This document shows positions 51,001-64,000 of a DNA stretch of 64,000 nt, piece after piece. The DNA is from Callorhinchus milii. Taxonomy: Eukaryota. How positions within the stretch are numbered: the stretch's first letter is position 1; every line of letters begins with the position of its first letter. The DNA lies in the NCBI RefSeq assembly GCF_018977255.1, contig NW_024704742.1, positions 92,196,001 to 92,260,000 of the forward strand, given 5' to 3'. A model generated the notes under the pieces. It made no database searches. It was not told the DNA's origin and was given only the letters and a program-made list of their open reading frames with translations. A program made the position numbers and the translations under genes.

Positions 51001-51604
51001 GAAGTATATTATTATGGGTGTTGGTTTTGATGACATTGATTTTTTATTTTCACTTAAATTGGAGTTTAATTGGTGTTTTAATTGGTTTTGATTTTAACTG
51101 TTCAAATCGGTTACCAAATCAGACTAAAATTGATCTGATTCCAAGTCAGCTGTGCAAAGTGCTTTGTGGCATCCTCTCCATGTGAAACACATCTCATAAA
51201 TGTAAATTGCTGTTGTTGTAAAATTGTCAGGAACTGACAATGAACAATCAGTCTGTCAACATATTGTTCACTTATTACTAGTTCAACAGCTTGCTTCAGT
51301 AGACTCCCAACAAAAGCTGTTGCTATTACATTGGGAATTTGTTATGAAGCAAAGGCGGCCAGATCAGGTTGAATATATAGATGTGGGAAAGAATGACAAT
51401 TACTTTTGAGAATCTGAAAATCTCTGCAAGAAATTATTCAGGATTCCTTGATATAGATATTTATTAATGGAAATATTATGGAGAAATTAAATGGTAGGCT
51501 TGGTAAATTGATGGTCCTCTTCTGCCTCAAATTGTTTCCATGTTATGGAAAATTCAATGATCTTAAAGGGACATAAAGCATAAAGCAGGCCATAAAGTAG
51601 TTCA

Positions 51605-52055
51605 ACTGAGTTAGACATTCAGTGAGATTATGGACGGTTGGTTCCATGAAATTACAGGCAGTTTAATGAGATTACAGGCTGTTCAGTGAGGTGAGAGACA
51701 CTCAGTGAGATGAGAGATATTCGGTGAGGTGAGAGACACTCAGTGAGGTGAGAGACATTCAGTGAGGTTAGAGACATTCAGTGAGGTTAGAGACATTCAG
51801 TGAGGTTAGAGACACTCAGTGAGGTTAGAGACATTCAGTGAGGTTAGAGACACTCAGTGAGGTTAGAGACATTCAGGGAAGCTTACGGCAGTTCAATGAG
51901 ATTACTTATATTCAGTGAGGCCAGAGACATTCGGTGAGGTTGACAGAAATTCAATGAGGTTACAAATATCCAGTGAGGTTAACAACAGTTCAGTGAATCT
52001 GGAGAGTTCAGAAAGGTTAACGACAGTTCACTAAGGTTGCAGACATGCAGTGAGT
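51605..52055 (+). repeat. 19-bp minisatellite (CAGTGAGGTTAGAGACAYT)
   Basis: About 10 near-perfect units at ~51684-51875, with progressively degenerate units on both sides. Confidence 0.92.
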
Positions 52056-55000
52056 TTGTAACATGGGCTTAAATGATGGTTCATATTATGCTGCCTTTAT
52101 AAGAACACTGTTAATATTTAAATTTTGCCTCCTGTTGTATTTCAAATCCACGTGATAACCACACCATTCCCTAACCATAACAATGGGCAGGCGACTGAAT
52201 ACATTTCTTGAACTGATTGCTATGCATTCTGACTCCCTTCTTTCTAGGTGTCTTATTCAGACAAAACTGAAAAGTTGCCTGACAGATGGAAAGAATTGTG
52301 CATTACTGTACCACTCTACAGTGCACTGTTAAACAGATGCAGAATAGGCTTCCATAAGCTTGAAAGGCTATGGGGATAGAGCAAGGCAGTGGGATTGAAA
52401 ATATCCCACAGGTGAAAGGAATTGCTGAACTGAAGACCAGGCCCAGAACAGAATTTTAAAAAAAATTCTGCAGACCCACACACACGTAGGCTCCCGCGGG
52501 CCACTGTCATATCACACGCCCCCACCTCACTGTCCTCGCTGGCCTTCAGTGGACAGGGACATCAACTTCAACTCAATTTGAGTCCTATGGGCAGAAGCCA
52601 TCTTATTTGCTATTTTCTGCTCATGAGATTCAAACAAATACAATATCGATATGGCATTTACTGAAATTTTTTGCTACTGAAAAATCCAGCGCCAAAAAAA
52701 AGCTGGTAAATGCTTGTATTGGCGTTGTAATTATACTTAGCCAGAAAATGACCAGATCTCCCCACCATTGGTCTGGCTAGCTAAGGCTTTAGTTTTAGTC
52801 TCACTCCCGGTGTCCTAGCCAACAATCCCCCAAATAACATTGGTCACTCACTCCACTCGGCTGTTTGTGGGGCTTTGCTGTGCCCAATTGTGCTACTGAG
52901 GTTTGCTTGGAAATACACAGCCATTCGACTTCACAGTAAATCCTGTGAAGCACTTTGAAACGTCCTTCTGAAGTGATAAGGTGCTATACAACAACAAACA
53001 ACAAATTACATTTGTATAGCGCCTTTCACGTCGGGAGGACATATACCAAATGCAAGGATTATTATTATTATATTTGAATCACTGACTTTTCCTGCTGTTT
53101 GAAATGATGCTGGTATTCCCAAGGGACAAGGGGAAATTCAAAAAATAAACTAAAAATAACCCTCTGGGCATCTCTCTCTATCAGAGCTTGTGTCTGTCCA
53201 CGTCAGTCAGTGTCTTTGTGACACTTACTGACAGGGACATACAGAGGCTCCAATGGATACAGAGAAGTGTCAAGTTTTACACTTGAAATATAGTTATTTT
53301 AACATTTCGCTCTTGTTTGTTTCACAATTGTAAACTTCTTAAAATTGTTTGATGCTTTTTTAAAATTTTGCTATGGTAATCAACCATGGTGCAGGTCGGA
53401 CTGCCCCAAGGTGAAATACTGGATCTGACCTGTATCAGCAGAATTACTAGACGCCATAATAAACTTCCACTGGCACCAAATGAGTAATTAATTAAGTCAC
53501 CTGTGGGTCCACTGGTTAAAAATTGAGGAGGCCCCTTCAGCTGGAAAGCTGTAAAAGTACAGAGGAACCCTGTCATAGTGCTCTTTAATATGGCAGAGTG
53601 TTTTCTTTTTTAAAAAATTTACGCTGTCTGTAATGATGCCAGGGATACCGGCATCTAACCCCTACCTACCTCATTTCTAGTTCAGTCTTATGGTGGACTC
53701 ACACATTAACCCTGAAGTGCAATACATCCAGGTTTGGCATTATTTAGCCATTCCTCACACTAAAGATGGTTGACATTCCATGTCGCCGCTGTTGTCACTT
53801 TCTGCTCACTCTGTATGCACTCGCTACGTTACTAGATATTGACAATCTAGGAGGATATTGTTCTTCATCCAACTCATAGGTATTGTAAGAAACCACTTTT
53901 TAAAAAAATGCTGCTCACCCACTCACAAATACAACCAGCCACTCTGCTCACAGACAAGCCCAGCTCCTCTGCTCACAGGAATAATAATGCTCCAAATATT
54001 GATCCAGTAATACTCCAGAGACAGTACAGATTCTGGATCACAGGACAGATGTTTATATTACTAAACAAATATGGTAAAAAGATTTCTGAACAGAAAAGCT
54101 TACAAAAATGTCTTTATAGTCCTTGGGTTTAATATGCAATATAAAATGTAACACATTTACATTGATATAGCACCTTTCACACTGGAAAGACGTCCCAAGA
54201 CTCTGGACAATCCAAGATGTACGTCCAGGCTGAGGGTGGGGGCTGAGAGGGTGAGAGGGTGGGGGAGAGGGGGCGAGGGGATGGGAAGGAAAGATGGCTG
54301 AAAGCCACGGTCAAATAGGAAGATCTTGAAGCGGGCCTTAAGATTTTTAGTAAGATTTTTCAATCTTCTCTAGAATATTGATTAAGTATTATATGGTATT
54401 CGTATCTTGCTTCCACAGAGTGTGAAAAAAAAATCATTTTTGTCTTTTAAAAATAAATTTCCCACATTTTAAAATGTTTCCATACTACACATCCCAAAGG
54501 CCTGGTAAATGGCCAGCTCCCTGTATGAATGATTCCCTTCAACTGAGATCCAGGATGATTATCTACAAATATACAATATCTACATTTGATAGCAATTCCC
54601 TGTGAAGCACTTCAAGATATTTCAAGACAATAGACACTATATCAAATGGAAGGATTATTATTATAAGTGTGAAGGAGAAGCCAAGAGCGTATCATTCTTC
54701 TTGCTTCCATTCCTTGTGTGAAAGGTTTCTGGCCTTTTTCTAATAAGCACTGATGAGGTCAAGAACTCACTATGTGGGGAATCACAAAAATAAAAACAAC
54801 AAATTACATTTGTATAGGGCTTTTCATGTCTGATGGGTGTCCGAAAGCACTGGATTTCATAGGCATGATACATCTCCATGACACAATGGACTTCACAACC
54901 CCATCTATTTATCGCAGTAAATCTTAACAGAAGTTTAATTTCAGATGTTTCTTGCAAAAGTTTCAAATTCCTGGTTTTATAAAATAATTATTTGACTGTT

Positions 55001-58000
55001 TGCTCCTTGGATAGAGTGATCTGCCTAATACAGCAAAGCCAAGCCGTTATATAAATCCAATATAAATCCACTTAGTCAGCAGAGCAAAGTAAAGGTTTGC
55101 TTGATGAATTTTTGCTTAACTGTGCTGACTGTGAGAATTTATTAAACAGCAAGGTAAGCTTTTTTTTTGCTTTTCAGTGACATTTATTGATATAAATTTG
55201 CTGTGGAAATTATTACATTCATTTCAACTATTTCAGCAGACGAAGGTGCGTGCTAAAATGGTCCTGCCGTTTAAATCAACCAACCAATCAATCAATCTCA
55301 AAGGAGATCTGACAGTGCCACACAATGGTGAACTAACATAATGCATTATAAGGTTTCAATACCAGATTTCATACCCAGATTCCCCATCTGAAGAGTTTGG
55401 AATCTTTCTATGGTTTACAATTATATAGGCTGAAATTCCGGGTATGTGTAGTACCTTTGGTGACTGACAATTATAATGGAGAAATCCCATTAGCCGCCAA
55501 CATTGCCAAAGATGCTATCTTGTAACACTGACCAGAATCATCTTAATGGAAATTGCAACATCAAAGGAGGTCAGTCTCCAACCTCCACCCCTACCACCTC
55601 CCCGCCCCCCACCACCAAATCTTGACGTTATCTTGCACTGTGAACCTTGGCTGTTCACCTAGGTTTCTCAGTAATAGAAAAACTTGCAATAAAATATCAT
55701 TCACGTAAAATATAACTTCACGCAAAATATGGCGTCATGCAAAATATAAGTTATATTTTCAAATAGTTTAAGCGTTGTACATATCACCAAATTTACTGTC
55801 AATTTTTAATATTTCTTAACCATTCATTCCAATGAGACATATAAAGGTAACTTGACAAAACTGGAAATGTGTGAAACCAATAAGCTTAAGAATCAGAATA
55901 ATTTTTCACAGTAAAATTTTCAATTAAACAGAAATTATTCCCTCCTGAATTGTGAAACGAATATTGCACATAGAAGACAAAATTATATGAGTCTTATTGT
56001 TGATCTCTTTGCTTGCATTTCGTTTAAAGCGATGAATATGAACTATTGAACAGTATCTTCTTTGATATATGGTTTTAATGCTAAAATGTCTGCGCTCGAG
56101 GGAAAGAAATTGTTCTGAAGCACTTTTTCAGAACTTGTATCTATTTCTGCACAGCAGTTCATCAATAGCAAACTGGCTTCAAATGGCAGTCTAATACCAT
56201 CAAAGAAAATTGAGTCCATATGATATCAATGCATAAACTTGAATAAATCCACCAATGCTATAAAAGTGGTACTGTATGCAGAAACCTCTGTAATAGATTC
56301 ACAAATGTTATTACTATTTGCCGGAAGCTATCCGAGAATTCAGGAAGAGAGGAGCATCTATTAAAGAGCAGGGATGAAGCCAATTCATTTGGAAGAGCAC
56401 ACCAGGCACCTCATCAGCACACTGCACCCTCTGTGCTCTGGGTGCTTAATTTCAGCTCGTCATTGACAGAATGGTGTCGCCAGAGTTTAAGAAAGGGTCA
56501 GACGTTACAGTGCAAAAAACATCGAGGATGATCTCAAAAGTCTTAAAGGGAATAAAAAAAATCCTCTGCAGTCATACTGAAGGAATCTACATCAGGTGAA
56601 GTGTAAAAATCAACCATCTATATTTTGAGGATCCCTTCGCTGACGCATTGCTGTGCTGTCGTACTCAAAAAAAAGAAAATCAATAATGGCCACAGGAAAG
56701 AAGGTTGCAGCCACACTTCGAATATAATACAGCAGAAATGTAAATCATTCTGGCTCTCACTGTTAGCCCAGCCACAGCTGTACTGGGCCTTTTACAGTGA
56801 TGACATTAGTGAAGCATGAAAGGAAGTGTATGGGCCTCAGCAGACACGCTAGGAATTTGAATACTGCTGCTCTCAGTACTTGAAAGGCCTGACTGTCAGA
56901 AATGCACTAACAGTTTTGTATGTGGAAAAATTAGATCCACTTGACTGAAAGACTAGTACTGTAGTATTTTTTCCCATCGGTATACTGCCAAATATAACGT
57001 TTTTTAGTCCACCTCACCGTCACTGTGTTTACTTTTAAATTTAAAAATAATTAACATAAAGGGCTCTCACAGTTGAACCCAATGATGACTGCCCTATTTT
57101 TTCTTCTGATTGTCTACCAAAGAGGGTTTTTTTTTTGTTCTCCTCATACATGTGGGTTCATTATAAAAAGCAAATTGCAAAAAGTCCTAGCATGATCAAA
57201 TATTGAATGGTCGAAGGCATATGTAGGGAGTATATCAACATTTAAGTCATTATTTTCTTTCGCTCTCTGCTTATGTTTCCACATTTACACTTTTGTATTT
57301 TGAGTGTGTTTTTTTAAAGTGAAGTCCTGCTCTGCTGCTTTTCTTTGTGACCCTGGCATTACCATAATCTTCTTAGTGAGAATCGTGTGGCTGCAAAACT
57401 GCCTGAGTGAAATCCTTACCCATTGATTGTAGTCTCTGCCATCTAAAAGAGACTGCACCTGCAGGCCCAGCCTGTACAGTTTCTGGACTCCACTAGTTTC
57501 ATGTATGCATTGTTGCTAATTGATTCATCTGGATTATTCTTACACCGGCTGAGCTGGAGGACTTGAACGATTAGCATTATCTAAATCTGCACTGGCTTTA
57601 GCACTTTTTACTCAGTCCCACTGGTTTGTGTTTTTTTCGATTGGAGAATTTTAAGGATTTGGGTTTCAAGGTGTATATGAACAGCAATAGTCCTTACATT
57701 CCCGAAAGGGAAGTGAGAGAAATCTGCCGCACATTGGGTTCTGAACATGATTGCATTCAAAATTGCCAGGTTAAAAAAAGCTTAACTACTGGAGAAGTTC
57801 TAATCCCAAAACTAAAATGTTTTCAATAGAAATTGTACACTTCACATGTGGAGTTTATTGTTAAGCAACATGCTCAGCAGAACACAATGCTATTGGCATT
57901 TGAAGCTCTGAATGATACCTGTGTTCATTTCTATAAGAATGGATTAATGTTTTAGTGGATTTTTAAAAATATATTCAATTGTTATTTTGAAATCTAAAAT

Positions 58001-59312
58001 GTTGGCACTTAGGTGTTGCAAAGGGTGGGAGGGGGAAAGGATTGTTAAGATTGTAGGTAGATGAACAACAACAAAATACATTTATATAGTGCCTTTCATA
58101 TCCCAAGTGCTGGAAAGTTAAGGGTTTGCACCTGAGCTGGGGCTTGGAATCAAGAAGTTTGGAGGGTAGGAGGAGCGGGGGTGGGAGTGTGGCCGAAGGC
58201 ACAATCAAAGAGGAAGGTCTTGAGATGAAACACTCAGCAAGGAGCAGGCTCACTAAAGCAATAACATTAACAGACAAATTACCTATTTTTAATGTGTATA
58301 TGTAAGTGTATGTAAATACAGTATATCAATCACAGCCAGTTCTATACTTTCAACAGGCGCAACCACTGCCCATGGATAGGTGTTTGCCAGAATGAGGGCA
58401 ATAGTCCCATCCATTTCATACATTCAAATGTGTTGCTCACAAAAAGGCTTTCAAGAGTTCCAGGTATCTGCTATCCACCTCGTGAGGCTCCAAGCTGTGC
58501 TTGTCAGATGTCACATGACTAATACTACATAACATATAATGGTGTCTATCCTTCTAGCGGTGGATGGTAAATGGAGTCTCCCGAGATGACTTCAAGGTAA
58601 CATACTTGGCAAGAGAATATCAGAATCAAGTCAACCTGTTGTGACACTCTCAGTGCTGCAGTTCCTGAATCACAGTACCTCCAAGTCACTGATGACACCA
58701 GTATTCCCATTTCCTTACAAAACCAAAGCTCTGACAGTTAGAGTGGTCCTAGCTGGATACACAGCAGAAAGCTTACCAGGCACTGCTCTCAATGAGCTAT
58801 GTGGTTGTAGCTGGTTAGACTCCAGCAGTACCCCCAAAGCACCTCAAGCCTTGGCTCTTGTCAACTTGCACCAAATACTTTCCAGAATGAGGTAAGCAGG
58901 GTGCATGTCACTGAGGAGAGAGTTCATTCATTCCAACAAAGAGAAATTTCATGTGTAGCTGACATGCACACATGGAACTCAATCTGCTTTGAATACTCTT
59001 AAATTTGGTAACGGGTTTCCACATGTGGGTGACAGACAACCGGCTTACCAAAAAATCAATCCGCAGGCTACTTTAGCAAAAATGCTTCACTAACTAGACC
59101 TTATTCACTCACAGGAAGACTCTGTCATCAGTTAAGAGATAATCTTTTCACCCAAGTAATCATGAAACCATTGGTATTTTAGCTCCTGTGTTGGATCACG
59201 TCAACCATTGTAATGTTATCTTTAGTGTATCATTTAAGAAATTGTAGTGAATGTTGGCATCTATAATTCTGAAAAAGATGGCTGTCTTTTCCAATACAAA
59301 ATCAGTGACCTA

Positions 59313-59464
59313 TCAGTTATCTGAATGTCCGATGTCTGCTCTGTTCATTGATCCATTCTTGTTCCATTCGGAAGTAGTAGCAAAGTATTTAAAAATCTGT
59401 TCTAGATGCTGCTCTGTTGTAACACGAGTAGGTGAGACTGAAAGATCACATTCCAAATAGCTGT
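59313..59464 (-). other. Candidate terminal exon of an unidentified upstream gene
   Basis: Good acceptor (ctgatatgtctgtctttgcag) followed by 49 open codons SYLECDLSVSPTRVTTEQHLEQIFKYFATTSEW...DN*. No recognised homology. Confidence 0.25.
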
Positions 59465-60512
59465 CTGCAAAGACAGACATATCAGACCAATTCAGGTCCC
59501 TGCATCAATAATTCCTCGGCCATCAATTACTCTAGTCACAGCATCAATTGAAATGCAAATAGATAGTAACTTGTTTTGATAATTCAATTGAAAGCAAATA
59601 ACAATGACTGACTATTTGCAGGATAATGGAAACATATTTTTATGATTTTGATATACCTGTTGTTAGGGCAGCTAGCAGGACAGGCTGTGTTAGTATTCTT
59701 GAAATGTGGTGCTTCACTTATGGTAATATTATTTTATTTATAGATATTTTGCTCTTTTTAAATGGCATTTGCCCACAAAATACACAGTCAATTCCCTTTG
59801 CTGTATATCCTGTGAAGCGCTTGGGACGTCTCCACGACATGATAAGGCACCATACCAAATACAAAGATTAGTTATTTTATGATAGTCTTTCTGGGATTAG
59901 ATGCAGTGAGCAGGATGCATCCCACAGGGAGAGTGTGCACACACTATTCATGACAAAGGGAAATTTCTGTACATGTATGTTCTGGATGCTCTTTAGCATG
60001 GCAATGAGTTTCCATGCTTGTGACTCACCCGGCTGACCAAAAGAAATGTATGCTACCTTCAACCATTTCGCATTCTCCACCACAATGGGTCTGATTTCCT
60101 TTTATCGCTGAACATGTAATTAAAGGTAAGATGAGAGGAATGTGGGTAATTTTTTTCTGGCATTCCTCCCCACCTTATCCTCTACAAGCGAGGCACTGAA
60201 CAGGAGCAAGAAAACACGTTGACATGGTAAGATAAGACATCAATCAATGTCTTATCTTACCATCATATTGTGAACTCATTGTGTGGGGAATCCAAATAAT
60301 CAAACTTGCAAGGTTTGCTTGATTTAAGCGTTCCACGATGCTACCCTGTGTAAAGTTATTGTTCTTGGTGTTTAAAACTATTGAAATCAATTTGCTTTTC
60401 ATGGTATTTGGGGGATTAGAATTCCATTTGTGGTGCGTCTACAGTGACACAACTAACAGGTTTCCAAGAAAAGAATTGAGGAAGGAAAATGCCAGGTTTT
60501 AAAAAAGACTTA

Positions 60513-61012
60513 TAACAACAACAAGAAAATTACATTTGTATAGCGCCTTTCACATCAGGAGGACATCCCAAGGCACTGGCCAATCAGTTTTTCGGACCCG
60601 AGCTGGGGGTCGGGATTGGGGAGGGTGGAGAGCAGGGGGGAAGGTGATCAAAGGCAGGGTCGAAGAGGAGGGTCTTGAGGTGCCTCTTGAAGGAAGCAAG
60701 GGAGGGGGCGAGGCGGAGGGACTGTGGGGTAGAGTTCCAGAGGGTGGGTGAAGGCCTACCCGCCAATGGTGGGGCGGGTGAGGTGGGGGACGTGAAGCAG
60801 GCCGGAGACCACTGAGCGGGGAAAGCAGGCAGGGGGTTAGGTGGTCGCAGAAGTAAGGGGGAGCAAGGCCATTGAGGGCTTCGAAGGTGAGAACTTTGAA
60901 TTTTATCTTCTGTGTGACGACAAACCAGTGGAGTTGGCTGAGGATAGGGGTGATAGCGTCACAAAGCCTGGTGTGGAAGAGGCCACGGGCTGCAGAGTTC
61001 TGGATGATCTGC
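60513..61012 (-). mobile_element. L2 LINE 3' fragment
   Basis: Encodes MQIIQNSAARGL...ITPILSQLHW...LTFEALNGLAPPY and ASFKRHLKTLLF, then the L2 tail. Confidence 0.9.
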
Positions 61013-61123
61013 ATAGATGATCTGCAGCCTATAGAGTATTATAGTAATTATAGTAATGTATTCACATAAAATGAGTGGGGAATACTGATTTGTTTGCCAT
61101 TGTACTCGCATGTAGTGTGTATC

Positions 61124-61400
61124 TGGAGTCCTGAAGCTCAGTGGTTAGAGCACTCACCTCACAAGCGAGAGACCCGGGTTCAATCCCTGGCAGGGCAAGT
61201 TTCCTGGCTCCACATGCCTCTGTTCACCTTCCAAAACAAATAATAATAAATTGATCACTCAATCCATTACTGTTTGTGGGACACTGCTGTGTGCAATTGG
61301 CTGCCGAGTTTCACCCATAAAATATACAATCAATTCACTTTACAGTATATTCTGTGATGCACTTTGAGACGTCTCAAAGATGTCATAAGACACTATATCA
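61124..61400 (+). mobile_element. tRNA-derived SINE
   Basis: tggagtcctgaagctcagtggttagagcac...gggttcaatccc head, family body and tail. Confidence 0.85.
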
Positions 61401-62087
61401 AGTGTAAGGATTATTATTATCTGAGTTTTTAACCCATTTAATTATAACAAGTTCAATTTATACAGCACCTTTCACTTAGAAGGATATCTCAAAGCACTTC
61501 GTCACACGAAAATAATAGGAAACTAAGTGAATATTGTTAAGTCATTAAACTCAGCAACATCCCACAGAACAATGGGAAGAGCAGTAGCTTTTACATAAAA
61601 TGGTGTGTTTTATGTGCAGAAAATTATGATAATACTTTCTTTGTTAGAGCAAATAGAGAACCAGCATCGTCCGATGATAATTTGTGTACAGCACTGAAAC
61701 AATGGTCCAGAATGAAATATTTTGCTCCTCCTGACTATCACTGAATCCTGGATTCATGTTGTTTGCAGTTAATGTGGGACTGCAGGGTTTTTATTTAATT
61801 TTCTATTCAGAGTGGAGGAGGGATCCTTCCAGTAAGCTGGTCAGTAGAGATAAGCATTTTACAATCGCTGGAGGAACATGATAAGGAATTCAGCAAATTA
61901 TTACCAAAATTATATATTTTTTTAAAGGCAGTTAAGGGGAGATAAGAGCATTAAGCTGTTGAACTGGAAGACTGTGCAGTTTCTTATGAATTAATTTTGC
62001 TGTGATAGTTTTGCTTAGCACTTAACATATATTATAAACCATGACATCACTGCAGATCCGTCTCATAATTGCTTTTCTGGGGGTAAT

Positions 62088-62218
62088 AGTTCTGAGGAAG
62101 GGTCTTGGACCTGAAATGTTGACTCACTTTCCTTTCTCCATAGATGCTGCCTCACCTGCTGATTGTTCCCAGCGACTTCTGTTTTTGTTTCAGATTTCCA
62201 GCATCTGCAGTATTTTGC
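62088..62218 (+). mobile_element. Penelope-like terminal fragment beginning with a hammerhead motif (62088-62124)
   Basis: AGTT-CTGAGGA-A-GGGTC-TTG-GACCT-GAAA-TGTT-GACT followed by ...ccatagatgctgcc...ctgctga...; homologous to the reverse complement of 2194-2294. Confidence 0.7.
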
Positions 62219-62224
62219 GCAAGG

Positions 62225-62256
<32 letters not shown>
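62225..62256 (+). repeat. (TAT)n microsatellite, expanded SINE tail
   Basis: About 10 TAT units directly after gcaagga. Confidence 0.9.
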
Positions 62257-62616
62257 GCTGCCTTAAACGACTAATAGGTGGCAACGCACCACTCTAGGTG
62301 AGTCCGTTTCAGGCCAGGTCGCCACCATGTTATATTGCTGAAGCGAGGGAAGTTTGTATTGCAAATTGTAGGCCCTAGAGATGCTTAAAAAGGGGGTTTC
62401 TCTTTGCTGATTATATATTTTCTAGGGTTAATTTGCTGAGGAGGAGTGAAACTCGTGCTCTCCTCAACCTAAACATAACTGTGCTAATGGACCTCGATTG
62501 CTAACTCGATACACATTTATGTGGCCAGAAGTGCAAGTAGTGGGTTTGTCCCAGCACAAGTGACAAGGCAATGATAAAGCAACTACAATGCAGTTTATTC
62601 AAATAATAACAAGCTA

Positions 62617-63505
62617 ATGAAGGTGATAGATTGCGAAGCTGGACAAGATAGGTTACAGGAGGATTTGAACATGCTTGGGAATTGGGCAGATCGGAGGCAG
62701 ATGAAATTCTATGTGGAGAAATGTAAAGTACTTCACATGGGGACAAAAAATCCTGGAGTATACTATTATTTGAACAGAAGGAAAACAATATATATGGAAA
62801 ATAAAAAGGACCTGGGGGTCCTGATTGACAATAAATTGAAGCTCTCCCAACAATGCTCTGTGGCAGTGAATAAAGCAAATCAGATGTTGGGATATATCAA
62901 AAGATCCATAGCAAGCCGAAATAGTGGGGTAATCCTGTCACTGTAAATCATTGGTGAGACCATACTTAGAGTACTGTCTACAGTTCTGGTCATCGCAGTA
63001 CAAAAAGAATATTGGAGAAATCGAGAAGATACAGAGGAGGACAACCAAGATGATTGAGGGAATGGAGGGTCTGGACTGTGAGGAGCGACTAAGTAAATTG
63101 GGCTTGTTCACGCTGGAAAAGAGAAAATTGAGAGGTGACATGATTGCTGTGTTTAAGATTGTAATTCTACAATCTAGATCATAACAGGCTGTTTCAACTT
63201 GTCCAGAATAGTAAAACCAGAGCACATCACCTGTGATTGAAGGGGGTTAAATTCAGAACAAATCTACAAACACTATTTTAGTGAGCGAATAGGGAACCTG
63301 TGGAACACGCTTCCTAGGGAGACAGTTGAAACAGGAAGTGTTGATTCTTTCAAACACAGATTAGATAGTTTTCTTTTAGGAAATAACATTATGGGATAAT
63401 AGATAGTTTGAGACATATATGCATTCGACTACCAGGAAGGTGGTAGAGGAACTAGATGAATCTAAGTCTTTTTTTGGTCTAGCATTTCTTATGTTTTTAT
63501 GTTCT
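62617..63505 (+). mobile_element. CR1 LINE 3' fragment (different subfamily from the 17.3 kb copy)
   Basis: Encodes LQEDLNMLGNWADRRQMKFYVEKCKVLHMG, KDLGVLID, VRPYLEYCLQFWS and LEKRKLRGDMIAVFK; ends ttcttatgtttttatgttct. Confidence 0.92.
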
Positions 63506-64000
63506 AACATAATACAACCAGGATTTAGACAGGCAATAACTTATAATATCACTCAAACAATATACAGTCAATCCACTTTGCAATATATTCTGTGAAGCGG
63601 TTTGAGACGTCTCAATTACATGATAAGCTGCTATATCAAATGCAAGGATTATTATTATTCGCCAACTACTACCATAAGGACCAGGCTGATCTGACTAGAA
63701 ACTAACCCAATAGATTTACTATCATTCCCCCTTGTAAATGATATGTTTATGCAACCAACAAAAGGAAAACAGGTTCATTACACCATTAGGTTACTTTCCA
63801 TCTCTGACAGTGTCTTCATTGGCCCTCTACTGCCCTCTATTTGTTCCTCCCATTTAATGAATTGATTCTGCCTTAAAGGGCAGTCTTCCACCACTATTGC
63901 TTCTCCAGATTGTGAAATGATGAAAATAACATGGGGAGGTAGTTGAAAATACAGCACAATATAACTAATTTGTGCCAATCAAAAATCACAGACCCCAAAT

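Noticed and set aside
51684..51875. CRISPR-like array
   Set aside because: Contiguous tandem units without unique spacers, no cas genes, vertebrate context.
54232..54290. G-quadruplex-like G-run cluster
   Set aside because: It is the antisense of the C-rich L2 3' UTR found in every L2 copy; not locus-specific.
41205..64000. TAL2 or FKTN, expected upstream of TMEM38B by human synteny
   Set aside because: No bHLH (RKIFTNTRERWRQQ-like) or fukutin-like peptide was seen in the ORF track or by eye.

Overview
AT-rich, repeat-dense vertebrate genomic DNA. The repeat complement (tRNA/Deu-type SINEs with an L2-like tail, L2, CR1, Penelope-like fragments) points to a cartilaginous fish; this is inference. 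One protein-coding gene is well supported: a TRIC cation channel, most like TMEM38B, on the minus strand, with coding exons 2-6 at 38041-37885, 31334-31150, 29540-29453, 26252-26135 and 16272-16048. All junctions are GT-AG and phase-compatible. Coding exon 1 was not found; it may lie in the N gap at 41180-41204 or outside the window. Most ORFs in the supplied track are retroelement debris or chance. Mobile DNA includes a near full-length CR1 LINE, many L2 and SINE fragments, a non-CR1/L2 LINE with a CCHC knuckle, a solo LTR and a MITE. The most interesting signals are two short Penelope-like inserts that each carry a minimal hammerhead ribozyme motif, and a cluster of ZNF143-type motifs with a strong splice donor inside intron 3 that may be an internal promoter. 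No CRISPR or prokaryote-type system is present, and I cannot support a claim of a wholly new biological system.
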